Shown: positions 20,083 through 29,513, numbered from the stretch's first letter. The stretch is 64,000 nt of DNA from Nocardioidaceae bacterium (GCA_029266455.1 JAQSWV010000004.1:23330-87329); one strand, 5' to 3'. Translations and numbers: made by a program. The notes: generated from the letters alone by a model not told the origin.

Positions 20083-21249
20083 ATGGCTTTGACGCCCTCC
20101 GACGACGGCTTCGAGACCCGGGCGATCCACGCCGGGCAGGACCCCGACCCCCGCACCGGGGCGGTGGTCCCCCCGATCTACGCGACCAGCACCTACGTGC
20201 AGGACGGGGTGGGCGGCCTTCGGGAGGGGTACGAGTACTCCCGCTCCGCGAACCCGACCCGCACAGCGCTCGAGGAGTGCCTGGCCTCGCTGGAGAACGG
20301 GGTACGGGGCCTCGCCTTCGCCAGCGGTCTGGCCGCCGAGGACAGCCTGCTGCGGACCGTGTGCGCACCGGGCGACCACGTGGTGGCCCCGGACGACGCG
20401 TACGGCGGGAGCTCGCGGCTCTTCGAGAAGGTGCTGCGGCCGTGGGGTCTCGAGCACACCCCGGTCGCGTTCTCGGACCTCGACGCGGTGCGCGCCGCCG
20501 TCCGGGCCGGCAGTACCCGCGTGCTGTGGGTGGAGACGCCGACCAACCCGCTGCTCGGCATCGCCGACATCGAGGCGCTTGCCGGCATCGCGCACGAGGC
20601 CGGAGCGCTGCTGGTGGTCGACAACACGTTCGCATCGCCGTACCTGCAGCAGCCGCTGACGCTCGGCGCCGACGTGGTCGTCCACTCCACCACCAAGTAC
20701 TGCGGTGGTCACTCCGACGTGATCGGCGGTGCTCTCGTCGTGGCCGACCACGAGCTCGGTGAGCGGCTGGCCTTCATGCACAACGCCGTGGGGGCGGTCG
20801 CCGGTCCGTTCGACGCCTGGTTGGTGTTGCGCGGTCTGCGCACGCTCGCGGTGCGGATGGAGCGGCACTGTGACAACGCCGAGCGCGTGGTGGAGTTCCT
20901 CGGCAGCCGGCCCGAGGTGTCGCAGGTGCTGTATCCCGGCCTCCCGGAGTTTCCCGGCCATGTGGTGGCGCGGCGGCAGATGCGTCGCTTCGGCGGGATG
21001 GTGGCGTTCCGGCTGCAAGGCGGCGAAGCCGCGGCCCTGGAGGTGGTCGAGCGCTCCCGGGTCTTCACCCTCGCGGAGTCCCTGGGTGGCGTGGAGTCGC
21101 TCATCGAGCATCCGGGGCGTATGACCCACGCCTCCGTGGCGGGGTCCCCCCTCGAGGTCCCCTCCGATCTGGTTCGGCTCAGCGTGGGCATCGAGACCGC
21201 TGACGACCTGGTCGCCGACCTGGCCCACGCCCTCGACGGCGGCGCGTGA
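20083..21249 (+). CDS. metB: cystathionine gamma-lyase/gamma-synthase family PLP enzyme
   Basis: Begins MALTPSDDGFETRAIHAGQ, has the PLP-lysine block STTKYCGGHSDV, and is 388 aa. The ORF-track start at 19834 runs through the repeat element. Confidence 0.9.
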   Translation: MALTPSDDGFETRAIHAGQDPDPRTGAVVPPIYATSTYVQDGVGGLREGYEYSRSANPTRTALEECLASLENGVRGLAFASGLAAEDSLLRTVCAPGDHVVAPDDAYGGSSRLFEKVLRPWGLEHTPVAFSDLDAVRAAVRAGSTRVLWVETPTNPLLGIADIEALAGIAHEAGALLVVDNTFASPYLQQPLTLGADVVVHSTTKYCGGHSDVIGGALVVADHELGERLAFMHNAVGAVAGPFDAWLVLRGLRTLAVRMERHCDNAERVVEFLGSRPEVSQVLYPGLPEFPGHVVARRQMRRFGGMVAFRLQGGEAAALEVVERSRVFTLAESLGGVESLIEHPGRMTHASVAGSPLEVPSDLVRLSVGIETADDLVADLAHALDGGA

Positions 21250-22613
21250 GCCTCGTCGTCTGCGCCGACTTCGGCTCGACGTTCACCAAGGCACTCCTGG
21301 TGGACGTGGACGCGGGAACGCTGGTCGCCTCGGCGTCGGCACCCACGACCGTCGACACCGACGTGCTCGAGGGCTGGGACCAGTGCCGTGCCGCGCTGGC
21401 CCGGACGGAGCCTGGGGCGGCGCGCGCGCAGGTGCGTGCCTGCTCGTCCGCCGGTGGCGGTCTGCGGATCGGCGTCGTGGGCAACGAGGAGCTGGTGACG
21501 GCCGAGGCCGGCCGGCGGGTGGCGCTGTCCAGTGGCGGTCGCGTCGTGCACGTGGGCGCCGGTGGCCTGGACCATGGCCGGATCGAGGCGCTGCGAGCGA
21601 GCCGTCCGGACCTCGTGCTGCTGGTGGGAGGCACCGACGGGGGGAACGCGGAGGTCGTCGTGTCGGCGGCCGGCAGCCTCGGCAAGGCCCGTTGGCCCGG
21701 ACCGGTCGTCCTGGCGGGCAACGCGGACGCGGTGGAACAGGCCGGCGCCGCGCTCCGCGCGGGAGGTGTGCACCACGAAGTGGCCGGCAACGTGATGCCA
21801 CGGATCGGTGTGCTCACGCCCGAGCCTGCCCGCGCCGCGATCCGGGCAGCCTTCCTCCGGCACGTCATCGGCGGGAAGCACCTGTCCGCCTCCGCGGAGT
21901 TCGAGCAGATGGTCACGGGTCCCACGCCGGACGTGGTGCGCCGCGGGGTCGAGCGGCTCGCCGCAGTGGTCGGTGACGTCGCCGTCGTCGACGTCGGAGG
22001 CGCCACGACCGACGTGTACTCGGTCGTCGAGCCCGACCCGGAGGACGCCGGCCTCGCGCGGCAGGTGGTCGCCCCGACCCGCACGACCCGCACCGTGGAG
22101 GGTGACCTGGGCATGCGGTGGAGCGCGGAGTCGACCGTGCAGCAGGGCGCCGATGCCGGCCTGGTCGGTCCTGGCGAGGTCGAGGCGGACCTGGCTGCAG
22201 CAGCGCGGGAGCGCCGCATCCACCCTGCTCTGGTGCCGGCTGACGAGGCCGGTCTCCGGACGGACCTGCGACTGGCGGAGGTGGCCGCCGGGGTGGCGCT
22301 GCGTCGGCACTGCGGGCGGCAGCGGGTGGTGCTGAGCCCCGGTGGCAGGGTGGTCGAGCGGACCGGCAAGGACCTGCGCGAGGTCGGCCTGCTGGTGGGC
22401 TCGGGCGGCGTCCTGCGACATGCCGCCCCCGTCGCGGCCGAGCGCGTGCTGGCTGCGTCCACGGGTACGGAGGTCGCGGGTGGCTGGCTGCTGCCGCGCG
22501 CCCCGAGACTTGCCGTCGACAGGGCGTACGTCCTGATGGCAGCCGGCCTGCTCGCGGACGACCTCCCTGACGCCGCCGCCGCCCTGCTGACCACGTCCTT
22601 CGGCGGTGCGTGA
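21246..22613 (+). CDS. GlmL/MutL-family ASKHA ATPase (glutamate mutase L-like)
   Basis: Contains N-terminal CADFGSTFTK, then LLVGGTDGGN and DVGGATTDVYS phosphate-binding blocks. It is about 455 aa, as in GlmL. The GTG overlaps the metB stop. Confidence 0.65.
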   Translation: MSLVVCADFGSTFTKALLVDVDAGTLVASASAPTTVDTDVLEGWDQCRAALARTEPGAARAQVRACSSAGGGLRIGVVGNEELVTAEAGRRVALSSGGRVVHVGAGGLDHGRIEALRASRPDLVLLVGGTDGGNAEVVVSAAGSLGKARWPGPVVLAGNADAVEQAGAALRAGGVHHEVAGNVMPRIGVLTPEPARAAIRAAFLRHVIGGKHLSASAEFEQMVTGPTPDVVRRGVERLAAVVGDVAVVDVGGATTDVYSVVEPDPEDAGLARQVVAPTRTTRTVEGDLGMRWSAESTVQQGADAGLVGPGEVEADLAAAARERRIHPALVPADEAGLRTDLRLAEVAAGVALRRHCGRQRVVLSPGGRVVERTGKDLREVGLLVGSGGVLRHAAPVAAERVLAASTGTEVAGGWLLPRAPRLAVDRAYVLMAAGLLADDLPDAAAALLTTSFGGA

Positions 22614-23892
22614 GACGGGGGAGCCCCGCGGAGAGGAAGATGGCGGGGTGAGACGACGATGGCATCCGGCCGACCGGGTGCGTGCCCTGGCCAGTGCCGC
22701 CCGGGAGGGTCGCGACGAGAGGCAGCGGCTTCTCGCCGGGCTGCCGCCGCGGCCGGTCTCGGTCGAGGGGCCGCCGGTTTCCCCGGAGCGGCTGTCCGGC
22801 CTGGGGGTGCCTCCGCTGGTCATCAAGACCACGGCGTGGGGGCTGTGCCTGATCATCCTGCTGGCAGCGGGCGCCCAGCTGCTCGCACTGCTGGACTTCT
22901 TCAGCGAGGTCACCGTCCCGCTGGCGATCGCCATCCTCACCACCGCGCTCGCCGCGCCCGCGGTGGACGTACTGGAGCGGCTGGGAGTGCACCGCGGGCT
23001 GGCGGCGGGTCTGGTCGTGCTGCTGGGCGTGGTCGTGGTCTTCGGCCTGCTCACGCTGGTGGGCACCCAGGTGGCGTCCCAGGCCACCCGGTTGAGCGAC
23101 GACGTCGTCACCGGCCTCGGGCAGATCCAGGACTGGCTCCGGGACGGCCCGCTCGGCCTCAGTGACAAGCAGCTGTCCGCTGTGATCACCGCCGCCCAGG
23201 ACACCGTTCAGGGCGCCGGTGGCAGTGAGGTGGTGGCCCGGGCCGGGGAGGTGGGGACCACGGTGACCCGGGTCTTCACCGGAGCGTTCATCGTGCTGTT
23301 CGCGACGTTCTTCTTCTGTGCGCAGGGCGGCCGCATCTGGACCTGGCTGGTCAACCTCCTCCCGCAGTCGGCGCAGTACGGGCTGGACGCGTCGGGCCGG
23401 GTCGCGTGGGTCTCGCTGACCGCGTTCGTCCGGGCCACCATCCTGGTGGCGCTGACCGACGCGGTGGGTATCGGCGTCGGCGCGCTCATCCTCGGCGTGC
23501 CCCTGGCGCTCCCGCTGGGCGTGCTCGTCTTCCTGGGGGCGTTCGTGCCGATCGTGGGCGCGGCGGTGTCCGGCGCGGTCGCTGTGCTCGTGGCCCTGGT
23601 GGCTCAGGGCCCGCTGATCGCGCTGGTGATGCTGGGTGTCGTGGTGGCCGTCCAGCAGCTGGAGTCGCACGTCCTGCAGCCGTTCCTGATGGGACGGCTC
23701 GTGGCGGTGCACCCGCTCGGCATCATCCTCGCCATCGCCATAGGCCTGGTCGCCGGCGGCATCGTCGGAGCCCTGATCGCGGTGCCCATCGCGGCGTGCG
23801 GGAACGCCGTCCGCAAGTTCTGGGCGGGTCATGCCGCGGCTCCCGAAGTCGACACACCGTCCGCCGTCGAGCCGTCTCCGGATCACGCGTGA
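22606..23892 (+). CDS. AI-2E family transporter (PerM/UPF0118)
   Basis: Has multiple TM helices and the conserved C-terminal block FVPIVGA...LESHVLQP.LMG. The start codon is uncertain. Confidence 0.8.
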   Translation: MRETGEPRGEEDGGVRRRWHPADRVRALASAAREGRDERQRLLAGLPPRPVSVEGPPVSPERLSGLGVPPLVIKTTAWGLCLIILLAAGAQLLALLDFFSEVTVPLAIAILTTALAAPAVDVLERLGVHRGLAAGLVVLLGVVVVFGLLTLVGTQVASQATRLSDDVVTGLGQIQDWLRDGPLGLSDKQLSAVITAAQDTVQGAGGSEVVARAGEVGTTVTRVFTGAFIVLFATFFFCAQGGRIWTWLVNLLPQSAQYGLDASGRVAWVSLTAFVRATILVALTDAVGIGVGALILGVPLALPLGVLVFLGAFVPIVGAAVSGAVAVLVALVAQGPLIALVMLGVVVAVQQLESHVLQPFLMGRLVAVHPLGIILAIAIGLVAGGIVGALIAVPIAACGNAVRKFWAGHAAAPEVDTPSAVEPSPDHA

Positions 23893-23938
23893 GGCGGACG
23901 CCCGAGACAAGTCCTCCGGCGCACGGTAGAACTGCGCC

Positions 23939-25702
23939 GTGACCGACACCGCTGCCGACGCGCCGATGCTGGTGCTCGGCCCCCTCCTCCGGCATGCCTC
24001 CGAGACCACGGCGACGGTCTGGGTGGAGACAGCTCGTCCTGCCGAGGTGTCGGTGCGGACGGCGGCCCACCGTGGGGACGCCACCACGTTCACCGTGCAC
24101 GGGCACCACTACGCCCTCGTGGACGTGACCGGCCTGACCCCCGGCTCCGCCGAGCCGTACGAGGTGTGGATCGACGATGCCACCGCCGGGCCGGACGGCG
24201 GCTCGCAGCAGAAGGCCTGGCCGCCGCCACGGTCGGGGTTCCCACCGAGCGCCCTGCGGACCCTCGACCTGTCCCGGCCGCTTCGGCTCGTCTTCGGGAG
24301 CTGTCGCGAGAGCCTGCCGCACGACCACATCACCAACCGCCGCTATGGCGTGGACGCGCTGCGGGCGCTGTCGCTCCGGCTGGCGTACGAAGGACCACCC
24401 GGACCCGACGACCCCGAGCGCACGGCGTGGCCGTCGCTGCTGCTGTTCCTCGGCGACCAGGTCTACGCCGACGAGACCTCGAACGGGATGCGTGACTTCA
24501 TCGCCTCCAGGCGGGACATCGCCGTTCCGCCGGGGGAGGAGATCGCCGACTACGACGAGTACGCCTACCTGTACCGCCTTGCGTGGACGGAGCCGACGGT
24601 GCGCTGGTTGCTGTCGACCGTGCCCAGCGCGATGGTGTTCGACGACCATGACGTGCGCGACGACTGGAACACCTCGCACACGTGGCGCGAGCAGATGGAG
24701 GCGCACAGCTGGTGGCACCACCGGATCGTGGGCGGCCTGGCGTCGTACTGGGTCTATCAGCACCTCGGCAACCTGTCTCCCGCCGAGCGTGCCGACGACG
24801 CTGTCTGGCGTGATGTCCAGGAGGCGTCGGCCGCCGGTCATGACGCGGGAAAGGTGCTGGACGCCTTCGGCGACTGCGCCAACGCCGACCCGGGCTGCTA
24901 CCGGTGGAGCTATGCCCGCGACATCGGCGGCACCCGGCTGGTCGTCATCGACTCCCGCGCCGGACGGGTCCTCGACCCCGAGCGGCGCGCGATGCTCGAC
25001 GACGGCGAGGAGGCCTGGCTCGAGGACCAGATGACCGGCGGCCACGACCACCTGCTGCTGGCGACGTCGCTTCCGTTCCTGCTGCCCATCGGGCTGCACC
25101 ACATGGAGGCCTGGAACGAGGCGGTGGCAGGGGGCGTCTGGGGGGACCGCCACCGGGGCTGGGGCGAGACGATCCGCCAGACCTTCGACCTCGAGCACTG
25201 GGCCGCCTTCCAGGGGACGTTCCAGCGGCTGGCGACCCTGTCGGCCGACGTCGCTGCAGGGCGGCGTGGCCCCGCGCCGGCCACTGTCATGTGGCTCGCG
25301 GGCGACGTGCATCACTCCTACCTCGCCGAGGCGGTGCTGCCCGCGGCCCCGGATCCCCAGGGCACGCCGGACGGGGACGGGCGTCCCGGGCAGGGTCCGG
25401 GACGGCTCCTGCAGGCGGTCTGCTCACCCATCCGGAACCCGCTGCCCCGGTCGATGCGCTTCGTCACCGCGGCGCTCGCCTACGGCGTGGCCAACGCCGT
25501 GGGCATGGCGGTCGCCCGCAGCGCGAGGGTGCCGGCCCCGCCATGGCGGTGGAAGGTGCGGTGCGGACCCTGGTTCGACAACTCCCTCGCCACCCTCGAC
25601 CTCGATGGACGGCACGCCAGCATCTCCTGGCAGGGCGCGGTCGAGGGCCCCAGCGACGACACGCTGCGGTGGCGCCGGCTGCACCACGTCACCTTGTCCT
25701 GA
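23939..25702 (+). CDS. PhoD-like metallophosphatase (alkaline phosphatase D family)
   Basis: Has an N-terminal beta-sandwich and the metallophosphatase blocks GDQVYADE and VFDDHDVRDDWN. No obvious Tat or Sec signal. Confidence 0.8.
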   Translation: MTDTAADAPMLVLGPLLRHASETTATVWVETARPAEVSVRTAAHRGDATTFTVHGHHYALVDVTGLTPGSAEPYEVWIDDATAGPDGGSQQKAWPPPRSGFPPSALRTLDLSRPLRLVFGSCRESLPHDHITNRRYGVDALRALSLRLAYEGPPGPDDPERTAWPSLLLFLGDQVYADETSNGMRDFIASRRDIAVPPGEEIADYDEYAYLYRLAWTEPTVRWLLSTVPSAMVFDDHDVRDDWNTSHTWREQMEAHSWWHHRIVGGLASYWVYQHLGNLSPAERADDAVWRDVQEASAAGHDAGKVLDAFGDCANADPGCYRWSYARDIGGTRLVVIDSRAGRVLDPERRAMLDDGEEAWLEDQMTGGHDHLLLATSLPFLLPIGLHHMEAWNEAVAGGVWGDRHRGWGETIRQTFDLEHWAAFQGTFQRLATLSADVAAGRRGPAPATVMWLAGDVHHSYLAEAVLPAAPDPQGTPDGDGRPGQGPGRLLQAVCSPIRNPLPRSMRFVTAALAYGVANAVGMAVARSARVPAPPWRWKVRCGPWFDNSLATLDLDGRHASISWQGAVEGPSDDTLRWRRLHHVTLS

Positions 25703-26938
25703 GTGCGGTCGTACGCTGCCGAGGTGCTGGAACGTCAGGTCACCCTCGACGACGTCAGGGCGGCGCAGGAGCTGGTGGCGGGTGTCGCACTGCGGACGCC
25801 GGTGGAGCAGTCCCGCTGGTTGGCCGGGGTGGCGGGCTCCGACGTGCACCTCAAGTGCGAGAACCTGCAGCGCACCGGGTCGTTCAAGATCCGTGGCGCC
25901 TACGTCCGCATCTCGCGGCTCACCGACACCGAGCGGGCCGCCGGTGTGGTGGCCGCCAGCGCCGGCAACCACGCGCAGGGGGTGGCGCTGGCGGCGGCGA
26001 TCCTGGACATCGGGGCCACGGTGTTCATGCCCGAGGGTGCCCCCATCCCCAAGGAGAACGCCACCCGCGCCTACGGGGCGGACGTACGCTTCGCAGGCGC
26101 CAGCGTGGACGACGCCCTCGCGGCTGCCCAGGAGCACGCGGCCTCGACCGGAGCCGTGCTCATCCATCCCTTCGACCACCCGGACGTGGTGGCCGGGCAG
26201 GGCACGCTCGGCCTCGAGCTGATCGAGCAGGTCCCCGCTGCGGCCACCGTGCTGGTGCCGTGCGGAGGTGGCGGGCTGCTGGCCGGCGTGGCCACCGCCA
26301 TGCGGGCGCTCAACCCCGGCGTTCGCCTGGTGGGGGTGCAGGCCGAGGACGCGGCCGCCTACCCGGCCAGCATCCGGGCGGGAGAGCCGGTGGCGCTGAC
26401 CGCCATGAGCACCATCGCCGACGGCATCGCGGTCGGCCGTCCCGGCGAGGTACCGCTGGCGACGGTGCTGCGTGATGTCGACGAGGTGGTGACGGTGGGA
26501 GAGGAGGCGCTGTCCCAGGCTCTGGTGCTGCTGCTCGAGCGCACCAAGCAGGTCGTCGAGCCCGCCGGCGCGGCAGCGGTGGCGGCCCTGCTGGACCAGC
26601 CCGGGCGCTGGCCGGGCCCGATCGTCGCGGTGCTCTCGGGCGGGAACATCGACCCCCTGCTGCTGCTGCAGGTGGTGCGGCACGGCCTCGCTGCGGCCGG
26701 TCGCTACCTGTCGTTCAGAGTACGGATCCCGGACCGGCCGGGTGAGCTGGCGCGGCTGTTGGGTCTGCTCGCCGACGCCCGGGCCAACGTGCTCGACGTC
26801 GTGCACCAGCGCGTCTCCGCCCAGCTGCACGTCGACGAGGTCGAGGTGGCGTGCCAGGTCGAGACCCGGGGCGACGCCCACCGTGCCGGCGTGGTGGCAC
26901 GGGTCCGGGAGGCGGGCTACCCGCTCGCCTTGGTCTGA
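25703..26938 (+). CDS. ilvA: threonine ammonia-lyase (short form with one ACT-like domain)
   Basis: Contains the SFKIRGAY PLP-lysine motif and GGGGL, and is about 410 aa. Confidence 0.9.
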   Translation: MRSYAAEVLERQVTLDDVRAAQELVAGVALRTPVEQSRWLAGVAGSDVHLKCENLQRTGSFKIRGAYVRISRLTDTERAAGVVAASAGNHAQGVALAAAILDIGATVFMPEGAPIPKENATRAYGADVRFAGASVDDALAAAQEHAASTGAVLIHPFDHPDVVAGQGTLGLELIEQVPAAATVLVPCGGGGLLAGVATAMRALNPGVRLVGVQAEDAAAYPASIRAGEPVALTAMSTIADGIAVGRPGEVPLATVLRDVDEVVTVGEEALSQALVLLLERTKQVVEPAGAAAVAALLDQPGRWPGPIVAVLSGGNIDPLLLLQVVRHGLAAAGRYLSFRVRIPDRPGELARLLGLLADARANVLDVVHQRVSAQLHVDEVEVACQVETRGDAHRAGVVARVREAGYPLALV

Positions 26939-27318
26939 CCCTGACCCTGCTGCTGCTCCTGCTCCTGCTGGGCGAGCTGGCGCCGTACCTCGTCCATGTC
27001 GACAGCGCGTACGGCGTCGATGAGCTGCGCCAGCGCTGGTGCGGGCAGTGCGCCCGCCTGCGCGTGCAGCAGGATGCCGTCGCGGAAGGCCATCAGGGTG
27101 GGGATGGACGAGATGCCCAGCCCGCCCGCCAGCGCCTGCTCGGCCTCGGTGTCGACCTTGGCGAACGAGATGTCCGGGTTCTCCTCGGACGCCTTCTCGA
27201 AGACCGGGGCGAACTGCCGGCACGGCCCGCACCAGGCGGCCCAGAAGTCGACCAGCAGGATGCCGCCGCTCTCGATGGCCGGCTCGAACGTCTCGATGGT
27301 CAGGTCAGTGGTGGGCAT
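26917..27318 (-). CDS. trxA: thioredoxin with a Gln/Glu-rich C-terminal tail
   Basis: Contains the FWAAWCGPC active site. A gggagag lies upstream of the ATG at 27318. Confidence 0.9.
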   Translation of the reverse strand: MPTTDLTIETFEPAIESGGILLVDFWAAWCGPCRQFAPVFEKASEENPDISFAKVDTEAEQALAGGLGISSIPTLMAFRDGILLHAQAGALPAPALAQLIDAVRAVDMDEVRRQLAQQEQEQQQGQGQTKASG

Positions 27319-27331
27319 CAGCTCTCCCTGG

Positions 27332-27475
27332 TCAGCCGCGGAACGGCTCTTCCGATCAGCCGCGGAACGGCTCTTCCGATCAGCCGCGGAACGGCTCTTC
27401 CGATCAGCCGCGGAACGGCTCTCCCGATCAGCCGCGGAACGGCTCTCCCGATCAGCCGCGGAACGGCTTGGCTTC
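27332..27475. repeat. 24-bp tandem repeat x6. The sixth copy is the 3' end of greA, including its stop codon.
   Basis: The unit is tcagccgcggaacggctcttccga at 27332, 27356 and 27380. A ctcccga variant occurs at 27404 and 27428. The parental copy tcagccgcggaacggcttggcttc is at 27452. Confidence 0.95.
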
Positions 27476-27961
27476 CACGATCTCTACGGCGACGGTGCGA
27501 CCGTTCGGCGCCTGGTAGGACGCCGAGTCGCCGACGTCCTTGCCCCGGATCGCCGCGCCCAGCGGGCTCTGCGGCGAGTACACGTCGAGGTCGACCGAGT
27601 CGTCGAGCGCGAGTACCTCGCGCGAGCCCAGCAGGAACGTCTCGGTGCCGTCGGCGCCGGCGAACCGGATGGTCACCACCATTCCCGCGTCCACGCCCGA
27701 GCCCGAGTTCGGAGGATCGCCCACCTCGGCCCGGCGGAGCATGTCCTCGAGCTGGCGGATGCGCGCCTCGGACTTGCCCTGCTCCTCCTTGGCGGCGTGG
27801 TAGCCGCCGTTCTCACGCAGGTCGCCCTCGTCCCGGGCCTCGCCGATGCGGGCCGCCAGCTCGGAGCGCGCGGGGCCACGGAGGTGGTCGAGCTCCGCCT
27901 GCAGACGGTCGTACGCATCCTGGGTGAGCCAGATGACGGTCTCCTCGGTCGGCTGGGACAC
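27452..27961 (-). CDS. greA: transcription elongation factor GreA
   Basis: Has a coiled-coil N-terminus (LTQDAYDRLQAELDHL...AR..GDLSENGGYHAAKEEQ) and a C-terminal FKBP-like domain. Confidence 0.95.
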   Translation of the reverse strand: MSQPTEETVIWLTQDAYDRLQAELDHLRGPARSELAARIGEARDEGDLRENGGYHAAKEEQGKSEARIRQLEDMLRRAEVGDPPNSGSGVDAGMVVTIRFAGADGTETFLLGSREVLALDDSVDLDVYSPQSPLGAAIRGKDVGDSASYQAPNGRTVAVEIVEAKPFRG

Positions 27962-28100
27962 GGCTGAGAGCTCCTCGATACGGCACAGGGGGTAGGCCCG
28001 CGGTTGCGGGGCAAGCCGTCAACGGTAGCAAGTGGAGGCAAAGGCCCGGGCCTGCACGCAAGAGGTTGCCCCCGGTCGTCGAACCCGTCGGTCCGGCCCG

Positions 28101-28514
28101 TCAGTCGAGCGTGCACTCGCGCACCGTCGCCGAGGTCGCGCGCCGCTCGGTGGCGATGCTGACCGTCGCGTCCACGGTGCCCGGCTCCGCGGCGTCGAGC
28201 AGGACCTCGCGCTCCCCGACGATCGAGGTGTCCGGCGCCTGGGCGTACACGGTGCACCGCACGGCACCGGGTACCCGGCGTTCGACCTCGAGCGTGACGT
28301 CGGTCCGCCCGTCCGACACGACGTCGAAGCCGGTCACCCCAGCGGCGACGTCCGGGGTGGACTGCAGCGTCGCCGCCCACAGCAGCCAGCCGAGCCCGAT
28401 GACGGCAACGACGACGGTCACCGCCACCACCAGCAGCCGACGACCCCGGCGCGATGGCCCGTACCGCTCCGGCATGGCCGCGCGTGCGGCGGCTGCCGGA
28501 CCCGTTGCCGCCAT
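28101..28514 (-). CDS. DUF4307 membrane-anchored protein
   Basis: 137 aa with one TM helix and then a beta-rich domain. It lies between greA and mca, which matches my memory of mycobacterial gene order. Confidence 0.75.
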   Translation of the reverse strand: MAATGPAAAARAAMPERYGPSRRGRRLLVVAVTVVVAVIGLGWLLWAATLQSTPDVAAGVTGFDVVSDGRTDVTLEVERRVPGAVRCTVYAQAPDTSIVGEREVLLDAAEPGTVDATVSIATERRATSATVRECTLD

Positions 28515-28531
28515 GCTGCATTCTTTCAGGT

Positions 28532-29404
28532 GTGACCGCGTCCTCCGACCTGCGTCTGCTGCACGTTCATGCCCATCCGGACGACGAGTCCAGCAAAGGG
28601 GCCGCCTCCACGGCGCGGTACGTCGCCGAAGGTGTCGACGTCCACGTGGTGACCTGTACCGGCGGTGAGCGCGGCTCGATCCTGAACCCGAACATGGACC
28701 GGCCGGAGGTCCTGGCCAACATCGCCGAGATCCGCCGGCAGGAGATGGACCGGGCCCGGGAGATCCTCGGTGTCTCCCAGGACTGGCTGGGATTCGTCGA
28801 CTCGGGGTATCCCGAGGGGGACCCACCGCCACCCCTGCCGGTGGGCTGTTTCGCCAGCCTCGACGTCGCGACGGCAGCGGCTCCGCTGGTGCGGCTGATC
28901 CGGTCGTTCCGGCCGCACGTCGTCACGACGTACGACGAGCGGGGTGGGTACCCGCATCCCGACCACGTGATGTGCCATCGCGTGTCGGTGCTGGCGTACC
29001 AGGCCGCGGGCGACCCCGAGCAGTACCCGGACTGCGGGGCACCCTGGGAGCCGCAGAAGCTCTACTACCACCACTCGTTCCACCGCGAACGCACGCAGGC
29101 GCTGCACGACGAGATGCTGCGTCGCGGTCTGGAGTCGCCGTACGCCGACCGGCTCGCGGAGTGGAAACCCGATCCCGCACACGACGATCGGATCACCACG
29201 CGGGTGCCGTGCGCCGAGTACTTCGCCGTCCGCGACCAGGCGCTGCTGGCCCATGCCACCCAGATCGACCCCGAGGGGGCGTGGTTCGCCTGCCCGCTGG
29301 ACGTGCATCAGGCGGCCTGGCCGACCGAGGACTACGAGCTGGTGCACAGCCGGGTATCGGCTCCGATCCCCGAGGACGACCTGTTCGCCGGGCTCCGCGA
29401 CTGA
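28532..29404 (+). CDS. mca: mycothiol S-conjugate amidase (LmbE/PIG-L family)
   Basis: Contains [11 protein letters not shown] and HPDH zinc ligands and is 290 aa. Synteny with greA favours Mca over MshB. The GTG is at 28532. Confidence 0.82.
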   Translation: MTASSDLRLLHVHAHPDDESSKGAASTARYVAEGVDVHVVTCTGGERGSILNPNMDRPEVLANIAEIRRQEMDRAREILGVSQDWLGFVDSGYPEGDPPPPLPVGCFASLDVATAAAPLVRLIRSFRPHVVTTYDERGGYPHPDHVMCHRVSVLAYQAAGDPEQYPDCGAPWEPQKLYYHHSFHRERTQALHDEMLRRGLESPYADRLAEWKPDPAHDDRITTRVPCAEYFAVRDQALLAHATQIDPEGAWFACPLDVHQAAWPTEDYELVHSRVSAPIPEDDLFAGLRD

Positions 29405-29432
29405 CCCGACCGGGAGTTCAAGCAGTGGCCGG

Positions 29433-29463
29433 GAACGTGTCCCATATGGGCGGTGACACGTTC
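29433..29463. promoter_or_regulatory. 9-bp perfect inverted repeat GAACGTGTC-N13-GACACGTTC with an internal CCATATGG palindrome
   Basis: Read directly from the sequence. It lies in the 109-bp gap between the mca stop and the ScyD/ScyE-like gene start. Confidence 0.4.
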
Positions 29464-29513
29464 GCCGAAACGCGGTAGAACAAGCCGCACCAACTCCAGC
29501 GGAGAGGACCGCC

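Noticed and set aside
20709-23204. An 831-aa minus-strand ORF. It represents many similar long ORFs, such as 21913..24093(-), 52961..55183(+), 17167..19026(+), 34862..36880(-), 30763..32370(-), 46669..47871(-) and 55096..56934(+).
   Set aside because: These ORFs lie antisense or out of frame to genes with clear family signatures. Their products are Arg/Pro/Gly/Ala-rich low complexity, typical of stop-poor shadow frames in very GC-rich DNA, and they carry no recognisable motifs.
27332-27475. Possible CRISPR array (a regular 24-bp repeat).
   Set aside because: The units are directly abutting with no spacers, no cas genes are nearby, and the unit is a copy of the greA 3' end. It is a plain tandem repeat.
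26851-27967. Plus-strand ORFs with repeated peptides (ISRGTALP x6 and SAAERLFR x6).
   Set aside because: The repeated peptides are translation artefacts of the 24-bp tandem array. The ORFs run antisense to trxA and greA.
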